Shown here in pieces: positions 14,284-21,387 of a stretch of 42,419 nt of DNA. A program made the translations under genes and the position numbers. The notes beneath the pieces are model-generated. The model ran no database searches. It saw only the letters and a program-made list of their open reading frames with translations, and was not told the DNA's origin. The first letter of the stretch is position 1. Each line of letters begins with the position of its first letter. The DNA comes from Acidimicrobiales bacterium (GTDB lineage Bacteria; Actinomycetota; Acidimicrobiia; Acidimicrobiales; RAAP-2): contig DATCEZ010000161.1 of assembly GCA_036509775.1 (NCBI GenBank), positions 1-42,419 of the forward strand. The letters run 5' to 3'.

Positions 14284-16779
14284 TCAGGTGCCCTGCACCA
14301 GTGAGCCGCCGACGATCCCGTCGGCCTCGAGCGTGTCGATGTCGGTCGGCGAGAGCCCGAGTTCGCCCAGAAGCACCCGGTTGTGCTCCCCGAGCAGCGG
14401 GGCATGCCGTTCGTGCACCTTTTCCGGACCTCGCGAGAACCGCATGGGCAGCGTGCTGTAGCGGGAGGATCCGATCACCGGATGCGCCAGCTCCTCGAAG
14501 AAACCACGCGCCGCCAGCTGGGGCAGGTCGGGCTGCTCATGGGGCTGCATCACCTTGCCGACCGGGACGCCGGCCTCCCACAGGGTCGTGACGATGTCGT
14601 CCGCCGACAGGGCGCGGCACCACTCCCCCAGCAGCGTGTCAATCCGATCGTGCGCGTGCACCCGGCCGGCCATGCTCGCCAGCTCGGGGTCGGCGGCCCA
14701 CTCCGGGTCGCCCAACGCGGACCGCAGGGCGCTCCACTGCTCGTCGGTCGCGACCGCGATGGCGACCCACCCGTCGTCCCGGCCCCGCTCGTCGGGGCCC
14801 GCGACCTTGTAGAGGTTCTGGGGCGCCGCCATGGGACCACGGTTCCCGGCCCGCTCGAGCAGAGAGCCGTAGGCCGAGAACTCAATCGGTTGCTCGGCCG
14901 CGATGTTGAGCGCGGCATCGACCATCGCCGCCTCCACGAGGCCCCCTTCACCGGTCCGCTCCCGGTGCTCGAGGGCGAGCAGCAAGCCGTACAACGCGTG
15001 AAGCCCCGCGTTGGGGTCACCGACGCAATAGGGCTCGAACGGGAGCAGGTCCGGATGCCCGGTCAGCCAGGTGAGACCGGCGGCGTCCTCAATGACGAAG
15101 GCGAAAGCCGACAGGTCGCGCCCCGGCCCGTCGAGCCCGAACCCGGGCATGCGCACCATGATCAGATCGGGTCGCACGTCGCGCAGGGAGTCGAAGTCGA
15201 GACCCAGCTGGTCCAGCACCCGCGGCGTGTAGTTCTCGATCACCACGTCGCACGTGCCGATGACGCGCCGCGCCAGGTCGAGGCCGCGCGGTTCGCGCAG
15301 GTCTATGGTCAGGCTCTTCTTGTTCGTGTTGAGCGCGGCGAAGATCGGGCCCCGCTCCCAGTACTTGTCCTCTGTTTGCGGGACACCACCGACCAGCCGG
15401 GCCCCGTCGGGACGGGTGGCGGACTCCAGGTGGATGACCTCGGCGCCTAGGAGCGCCAGCGTGTGACCCGTGAGGGGCCCGGCCCAGAACGACGTCATGT
15501 CCAGGATCCGGAGTCCCTCGAAGGGCAGCGTCCGGGACGCAGCTGTCGCAGGAGGTCGCACCGGCTGCGCCGGCGTCGCCGCCTCTTCTCTCCCCAACTC
15601 TCCGAGGCGGGGGGCCGCTTCGGGCGCCCGGAGGCTCCCGGCCCCGAGCCGGAAGGGCGGCCCGGGGTTTGTCGCGCCGTCCCTGGGATTGGCCACGAAC
15701 GTCCCGCGCTCGACGAAGTGCGCCCACGTGGTGGCGTTCGCCCCGTTGGTGATGGGTGCGTTGGGGATCCGGAAGGCCGAGGCCTCCTCCAACACCTCCT
15801 CGACGGTGTGGTCCGCGATCCAGGCGTCAATAGTGGGTGTCAGGGCGGTGCGATCGAGGAAGAGTGACTGGTCCTCCATCCACTCGGGGTGCCCCACCAG
15901 CACGCAGAAGTCCAACCACTGCTGCCCCGTCCCGCACCCGAGCCCGACGAGCCCGTCGCTGGCCGCCCCGACGCCGGGCGTCGCCACGAACCGCTTCCGG
16001 CGCATCGGTCGACCCAACTGGTCGTTGAAGGTCACCGGGTAATAGGTGAGGCTCATCGCCAGCGTCTCGAGCATGGAGACGTCGACGAGCTCACCGCCCG
16101 ACGCGGCGCGTCGACGGGCCGCCAGCGTCCCGATGGCGCCGTAGAGCCCGGTGAGCCACTCCCCGACCTGTCCGCCGACGAACACGGGCGGGCGTTCGGG
16201 CCGCCCGCGCGCCAGTCCGACGATGCCTCCGGACCAGGCTTGCAGCGTGAACTCGGTGGCCGGCTTGTCGCTCCAGGGTCCGTCGAGCCCGAACGGCGTG
16301 AGGGAGGTGACGACCAGATGCGGATGGGCCCGCACCACTTCGCGGGGGTCCAGCGCTGCCTGCTCCGCCAACGGCGAGCCCCGCGACCAGACAAGCGCGT
16401 CGGCCGAAGACAGCAGTGCGTGCACGGAATCGAGACCGCCGGGGTCCGTGCCGTCGACCACGACGCTGCGCTTGGAGGCGCCGAGGAAGTTGAAGAGCGC
16501 GCCGTCATCGTCGACGGGGATCGCGGCGCCTGAGGCCGACCAGCGTCGGAGCGGGTCGCCTTCGGGCGACTCCACCTTGATCACCTCTGCGCCACCGTCG
16601 GCCAGCAGCTTCGTGCAGTAGGCGCCGCCGATCCAGGTCGAGAGGTCGATCACCCGGAACCCCGAGAGCGGCGATGCGTCAGGCGCGCCCGACGGCGCCC
16701 CCGCGCCCGCCCCCGCTTCTGGTGCGGGCACGGTCAGTCGGCGGCGGGGCGGCGGCGGCCGGAACGGCTCAGCCGCCAC
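14284..16779 (-). CDS. family III CoA-transferase, tandem fusion of two CaiB/BaiF-like modules
   Basis: 831 aa. Two copies of the N-terminal signature are present: FRVIDLSTWIGGAYCTKLLADGGAEVIKVESPEGDPLRRW and LRILDMTSFWAGPLTGHTLALLGAEVIHLESATRPDG. The start is uncertain: GTG 16779 overlaps the crotonase gene by 46 nt, while in-frame GTG 16731 leaves a 2-nt gap. Confidence 0.9.
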   Translation of the reverse strand: MAAEPFRPPPPRRRLTVPAPEAGAGAGAPSGAPDASPLSGFRVIDLSTWIGGAYCTKLLADGGAEVIKVESPEGDPLRRWSASGAAIPVDDDGALFNFLGASKRSVVVDGTDPGGLDSVHALLSSADALVWSRGSPLAEQAALDPREVVRAHPHLVVTSLTPFGLDGPWSDKPATEFTLQAWSGGIVGLARGRPERPPVFVGGQVGEWLTGLYGAIGTLAARRRAASGGELVDVSMLETLAMSLTYYPVTFNDQLGRPMRRKRFVATPGVGAASDGLVGLGCGTGQQWLDFCVLVGHPEWMEDQSLFLDRTALTPTIDAWIADHTVEEVLEEASAFRIPNAPITNGANATTWAHFVERGTFVANPRDGATNPGPPFRLGAGSLRAPEAAPRLGELGREEAATPAQPVRPPATAASRTLPFEGLRILDMTSFWAGPLTGHTLALLGAEVIHLESATRPDGARLVGGVPQTEDKYWERGPIFAALNTNKKSLTIDLREPRGLDLARRVIGTCDVVIENYTPRVLDQLGLDFDSLRDVRPDLIMVRMPGFGLDGPGRDLSAFAFVIEDAAGLTWLTGHPDLLPFEPYCVGDPNAGLHALYGLLLALEHRERTGEGGLVEAAMVDAALNIAAEQPIEFSAYGSLLERAGNRGPMAAPQNLYKVAGPDERGRDDGWVAIAVATDEQWSALRSALGDPEWAADPELASMAGRVHAHDRIDTLLGEWCRALSADDIVTTLWEAGVPVGKVMQPHEQPDLPQLAARGFFEELAHPVIGSSRYSTLPMRFSRGPEKVHERHAPLLGEHNRVLLGELGLSPTDIDTLEADGIVGGSLVQGT

Positions 16780-17705
16780 TCCGGTGGGAAGAGATCGTCG
16801 TTGTCCTTGACCGCGAGGTTGAGCCCGGCATCCATGGTCTCCTTGCTCAGGGTGGCCCGACCGCCGTTGTCGTCCTCGCGTAGTTGCCCGCCCATCGACT
16901 CGAGCCAGGCGCTGAGCAGGCTGCCCATGTACTCACCCTGGTGCTGCTTCATGATTTCGAAGAAGACCTTCTGCATGAACACGGTGTCGGTCGGCCTCGT
17001 GCGGGCGCAGGCGAGCGCATACTTCGCCGTCTCCGCCTCGAGGCCCTCACGCGGGACGACGCTGTTCACGAAGTTGCACTCGTACATCTCGTCGGCCGTG
17101 AAGGGGCGGCCGGTGAAGACCATCTCCTGGAACTTGCGCATGCCCATCATCGTCGCCCACTGCCACATGCGCGGTGCGTAGCCGACGTAGCGGAAGGCGG
17201 GATGCCCGAACAACGCGTCGTCGGACGAGACGATGAGATCGGCGTCGGCTGCCTGGTAGAAGTGCCAGCCGTAGCAGTAGCCCTTCACCTCCAGGATGCT
17301 GATCTTCTTGAAGTCCTGCAGCGTTCGGCAGCCGGACCTCGAATTGCCGTACCAGTGCAGCAACGACGCGCCGGCGCGGTACGAGCGCGGGCCCGGCATG
17401 GTGACGTCGTCGTCCTCGTCGATCCCGAACTCCTCGTGCAGGGCGGTACCCGCCTCGCGCTTCGCCATCAGCTCGTCGAGGTCGGCACCGGTGCCGAGGT
17501 GGTCCCCCACGCCGCGCACGACGAGCACCTTGACGTCGTCGTCGATGTTGGCCTTGAACAGCAGGTCGGCGTAGCGACGCCGGGCCGCAATGGTCGGGAT
17601 GTTGAGCTGGTCCGGACGGTTGAGCGTGATGGTGGCGATCCGGGTAGCCGGATCCTTCTCGTAGAGGATGATCTCCTCGGCGGGTGGCACGTCGACTTCG
17701 CTCAC
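16734..17705 (-). CDS. crotonase-superfamily protein (atypical enoyl-CoA hydratase/isomerase-like)
   Basis: The start is GTG 17705, with AAGGAG 9 nt upstream. Crotonase fold motifs are IATITLNRPDQLN, VLVVRGVGDHLGTGADLDE and ILEVKGYCYGWH. A roughly 50-aa acidic insertion lies between them. The 443-aa ORF-track version is an artefactual extension. Confidence 0.85.
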   Translation of the reverse strand: MSEVDVPPAEEIILYEKDPATRIATITLNRPDQLNIPTIAARRRYADLLFKANIDDDVKVLVVRGVGDHLGTGADLDELMAKREAGTALHEEFGIDEDDDVTMPGPRSYRAGASLLHWYGNSRSGCRTLQDFKKISILEVKGYCYGWHFYQAADADLIVSSDDALFGHPAFRYVGYAPRMWQWATMMGMRKFQEMVFTGRPFTADEMYECNFVNSVVPREGLEAETAKYALACARTRPTDTVFMQKVFFEIMKQHQGEYMGSLLSAWLESMGGQLREDDNGGRATLSKETMDAGLNLAVKDNDDLFPPEWRLSRSGRRRPAAD

Positions 17706-17709
17706 GTCG

Positions 17710-18840
17710 TTAGGCTCCTTGTCGGCGGATGGGTGTCGTCGCCAGGGACTCGGGACCAGCATCCGTGACGACGATCGGCTCCTGCACGTAGAGGGCACCG
17801 ACGCCTTCCTTCCAGACGTAGCCGGTGAGTGCGAAGACCATGCCCGCCTCGACGTGCTGCTCGCCTGCCGTGAGCGGCAACGAGCGGGTGACGAGCGGGA
17901 GGTCGAAGCCGAGCCCGAGTCCGCGCGCCACCGGCATGGGCGGCTGGGGCTCGCCGGCGGCGTCGTACGCCGTGAGCAGCCCGGCGAGCGGGGCGCCGAC
18001 CCTGCAGGCGTCGAGGAGGCGCTCCCACAGGGCACTGGCGCGCTGGGCCAACTCGGAGTCGACATGACCCCCCTCGCGCACTGCGTGGGTGCGGCCCACC
18101 TCCCCCGAATAGCCCCCGAGGACGACGCCGGCCTCGAAGGCCACCAGGTCTCCGGGTTGCACCGGCGTATCGCGGTTGGTTCGCCGCCACGGGTCCTGGC
18201 GCGAGGTGATCCAGGCCACGTCCTGTCCGGAGGGCGTGGTGACCCCCGCCGCTGCCATGGCTTCCATGAAGATCGCGGTCAGCTGCCGCTCGGTCACGCC
18301 GGGCACCAACGCGTGCGTCGCTGCGGCGAGCGCCTCCTCGCCCACGCGCACCGACGCCCGTATGGCCTCGACCTCCTCGGAGCTCTTGACCCGGCGGATC
18401 TGGCGCAGCATCGGTTCGCCGTCGATGAACTCGGCCGCGGGGAACGCCTTGGGCAACAGGTTGGCCGACGAGCCCGACATGGAGTCGGTGGCGACCCTCC
18501 GGGCCGTGGCCGCGCCGTCGATGTTCGACAACACCGTCACGAAGTTCAGGGCGTTGAAGGTGATGCCGTACAGGTTCTCGTGGGGGATCTCCTCGGGAAT
18601 GCCCTCGTCCCATGTGCTCAGCAGGTGCACCGCGCCGTTCTCACGCACAAACACGCAGCCCGGACCGAATGCACGGGAGCCGGCCGTCCACAGACGCGGC
18701 GCGCCCGAGACGTAACGCGCGTTCCCCTCGCGGCCGACAATGAGGAAGTCGACGTCGGCTGCGTCCATGGCGGCCAGGACGCGGGCGCGGCGCGCCCGTC
18801 GGAGGGCAGCGTCATCGGGGAGTATCTCAACGACGGTCAT
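17710..18840 (-). CDS. M24-fold (creatinase/prolidase-like) protein with degenerate metal-ligand set
   Basis: 376 aa from ATG 18840, with a creatinase/prolidase N-domain plus a pita-bread domain. At the five canonical ligand positions I read E (AFEAG), E (SGEVGRT), R (ARGLG), T (ALTGY) and Q/E (VQEP), by eye alignment to prolidase. Confidence 0.85.
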   Translation of the reverse strand: MTVVEILPDDAALRRARRARVLAAMDAADVDFLIVGREGNARYVSGAPRLWTAGSRAFGPGCVFVRENGAVHLLSTWDEGIPEEIPHENLYGITFNALNFVTVLSNIDGAATARRVATDSMSGSSANLLPKAFPAAEFIDGEPMLRQIRRVKSSEEVEAIRASVRVGEEALAAATHALVPGVTERQLTAIFMEAMAAAGVTTPSGQDVAWITSRQDPWRRTNRDTPVQPGDLVAFEAGVVLGGYSGEVGRTHAVREGGHVDSELAQRASALWERLLDACRVGAPLAGLLTAYDAAGEPQPPMPVARGLGLGFDLPLVTRSLPLTAGEQHVEAGMVFALTGYVWKEGVGALYVQEPIVVTDAGPESLATTPIRRQGA

Positions 18841-18848
18841 GGGATCCT

Positions 18849-20078
18849 TTAAAAGGGGTCGTAGGAGTAGTCGGTCATGGGCTCCCAACCGTCATCCGTG
18901 ATGCGCAGCACTTCCTCGGAGCGGTACCCGGCGGCGCCGTCGTCCCAGACGATCGGCTCGAGCACCAGGACCATGCCGTCGACGAGGACCAGGGAGGCGT
19001 CGAACGCCTCGCCGATGTCGCTCCCGACGTAGGGCATTTCGGCGCTGTCGATCCCGAGCCCGTGGCCGAGGTAGAAGTGCGGCATCCAGGGCTTCGCGCC
19101 ACCGGCCGCACCGATGGCAGCGGCCGTCAGGTCCGCGGCCGTGGCCCCGGCCCGGGTGACGTCGAGCACGGCGCCCATGATCGACTGCCACTGCTCGTAC
19201 TGGGCCCGCTGACGCGCGCTCGGCTCACGTCCCACCACCCAGGTCCGCCCGAAATCGGAGTGGAACCCGGCGTAACTGATGCCGAGGTCGACCCAGAGCA
19301 CGTCGCCCTCGACCAGTTCACGCTCGGTCGAGAGCAGCGGGCAGGCGAGGTCTCCGGTCGTCGTCCACGGACCGTCCTCCAGGCGGGCGGGCATCACCTG
19401 CCAGATCGGGTCGAGGATGTTGGCGTCGGCCCCGGCCTCGAAGATCGTGCGCAGGAATGTCGCCGTGAGGTCGGTCTGACGGACGCCGGGGGCGATCTTG
19501 GCCTGCACATCGGCGATGGCCAGCTCGGTGATCCGCAGGCCCTCGCGCATGGCCGACAGCTCGTCAGGTGTCTTGGACGCCTTGGCCATGCTGATCACCC
19601 GGCCCGCGTCCTTGGGCGAACCCGAGGCGAACAGGATCGACTGCTCACGGCGCAGTGCGTTGGTCCATTCGTCCATGCCGATCACCGCCCCGCTGGGCAC
19701 CAATCCGCCGAGCTGCGTCGCGAACAGCTGCACGCCTTCGTCGAAGTCGAGGTAGACGGGGCCGTGGAGGTGATCCGCCGGCATCTTCTCCCGCAGGCGA
19801 TCGTCCTCCCGCATCGGGGTGAAGAGGTGCGGCCAGTCGTCATCGGCCAGGACGACAGCGACCGGTTGCTCGAAGTTCGCCCGGCCCGAATCGGCCAGGG
19901 GCCAGATGGCTCCGGTGGCGTAGGCGACGTTCGTGTTGCCGAGCAGCACCAGGGCGTCGAGCCCCTGTTGGCGCATGACCGTCTGCATGCGCTCCATGCG
20001 CTCCCGCTGCATCCGGGTGAAGTCCGGCGACGCCGGAATGGTCGCCGGCGGCGCTTTCGCCATCAGCCCGGCGGGCAT
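18849..20078 (-). CDS. M24 family metallohydrolase (Xaa-Pro peptidase/creatinase-like), canonical ligands
   Basis: ATG 20078 overlaps the upstream stop by 1 nt (TGATG). All five ligand positions are intact: VDLG, HSDFGRT, LGHGLG, VLEPIVW and RSEEVLRIT. Confidence 0.85.
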   Translation of the reverse strand: MPAGLMAKAPPATIPASPDFTRMQRERMERMQTVMRQQGLDALVLLGNTNVAYATGAIWPLADSGRANFEQPVAVVLADDDWPHLFTPMREDDRLREKMPADHLHGPVYLDFDEGVQLFATQLGGLVPSGAVIGMDEWTNALRREQSILFASGSPKDAGRVISMAKASKTPDELSAMREGLRITELAIADVQAKIAPGVRQTDLTATFLRTIFEAGADANILDPIWQVMPARLEDGPWTTTGDLACPLLSTERELVEGDVLWVDLGISYAGFHSDFGRTWVVGREPSARQRAQYEQWQSIMGAVLDVTRAGATAADLTAAAIGAAGGAKPWMPHFYLGHGLGIDSAEMPYVGSDIGEAFDASLVLVDGMVLVLEPIVWDDGAAGYRSEEVLRITDDGWEPMTDYSYDPF

Positions 20079-21250
20079 CAGTCCTCCACCCCGAGGTACC
20101 GCTTGATGTTGTCGCTGACGATGGCCGTGGCCGCCTCGACGCCGACTGCGTCCACCACGTACTTCAGCGACTCGCTGCTGTAGCCGTAGGTGCTCTCGTT
20201 GTGGGGGAAGTCGGTGGACCACATGACCTTGTCCACGCCGATGCGGTCCACCAGGTCGAGCCCGAGCGGATCCACCATGAACGAGGCGTACATGTTGTGC
20301 TCCCAGTAGTACCGGGGCTCGTGCTGCATCTTCAGGTTGGCGATGTGCCGGAAGGAGGCACTGATGTGCTCGGCGTCCTGCAACGCCGAGGGCACCCAGT
20401 TGATCCCACCCTCGAACCAGCCCACGCGCAGGCCTGGGTGGCGGTCGAGGACGCCACCGAGCACGTACTTGCCGAAGAGGTCGCGGAAGGGAGCCACGGA
20501 CTGCAGCATGCCGAGGATGACGGGATTGAACTCGTTGGGCGACGAGGGCGGGCTCTCGCCGATGTGGTGCGACACCGGCACCTGCTCCTCCTCAATGGCC
20601 TCCCACACGCCGTCCATGGCGCTGCTGCCGAAGTCGATCGGCTTGCCGTCGTCGTCCTTCCCCGGCGACAGCGGCATCAGGAAGGTCTTGAGCCCGAGCT
20701 GCTTCAGCTCGCGCAGGGTCCGCCGGGCCCCTTCGGCATCCCACCAATTGATCAGCCCGACGCCGTAGATCCGGTTGCCCGAGCGCTCCTGCACCTCGGC
20801 GATGTGCTCGTTGTAGATGCGGAAGCAGCGCTCGCGCATCTCCTTGTCCGGCCAGCCGAACAGGGCGAGCACGGAGTTCGGGAAGGCCAGCTCCTTGGTC
20901 ACGCCCTCGGACTCCAGCGCGGCGAGTCGGGCCTCCACGTCGCCCGTGTGCGACCCGGACACGGGGTCGTACATGGTCAGGACCTCGACGAACTCCCGCA
21001 CGAGGATGGACTTCCCGCCCATGCCCAGTACCCAGCCACCGTCGACGTTCATGACCCGCGGTGCCTGCTCTCGCACGTCCTCGGGCAGTCGCTCGTAGAA
21101 GATGTCGACGGCCAGCGAAATGTGGTCGTCGGCCGAGAACACCTCGACGTCGGCCGGGAGTCCCGAGTCGACGATCTGTCCCAGATGCCGGTCCTTCGGC
21201 GCTCCGAGACCGTCGGCCGGGTATGTCAGCGTTCTTGCGTGACCAGTCAT
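20078..21250 (-). CDS. amidohydrolase-2 family protein (ACMSD/LigW-type metal hydrolase or decarboxylase fold)
   Basis: 390 aa with N-terminal FSADDHISL, mid HHIGE, and C-terminal MWSTDFPHNEST. It is the first gene of the 5-gene minus-strand operon. Confidence 0.9.
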   Translation of the reverse strand: MTGHARTLTYPADGLGAPKDRHLGQIVDSGLPADVEVFSADDHISLAVDIFYERLPEDVREQAPRVMNVDGGWVLGMGGKSILVREFVEVLTMYDPVSGSHTGDVEARLAALESEGVTKELAFPNSVLALFGWPDKEMRERCFRIYNEHIAEVQERSGNRIYGVGLINWWDAEGARRTLRELKQLGLKTFLMPLSPGKDDDGKPIDFGSSAMDGVWEAIEEEQVPVSHHIGESPPSSPNEFNPVILGMLQSVAPFRDLFGKYVLGGVLDRHPGLRVGWFEGGINWVPSALQDAEHISASFRHIANLKMQHEPRYYWEHNMYASFMVDPLGLDLVDRIGVDKVMWSTDFPHNESTYGYSSESLKYVVDAVGVEAATAIVSDNIKRYLGVED

Positions 21251-21387
21251 CTCCCCCGCTTCACTCCCCCCACTCAGTCTTCGTGTGGTGCCCGCAGATT
21301 ACTTCGGCTTCGTAGCAATCGTCAACGGATCCTGCTAGCTTGCTCCATCGGGGAACAGCACGCCGTCGGGAGGTCGGGGAGGGTGAC

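Noticed and set aside
16734-18065. N-terminal extensions offered by the ORF track: 16734-18065, 5130-6074, 6081-6974, 18849-20222, 34255-35949, 32626-33894, 31761-32834 and 40677-42023.
   Set aside because: The extensions overlap upstream genes and lack family similarity. Internal starts with an SD, a coupling overlap or a leaderless -10 box give products of normal family length.
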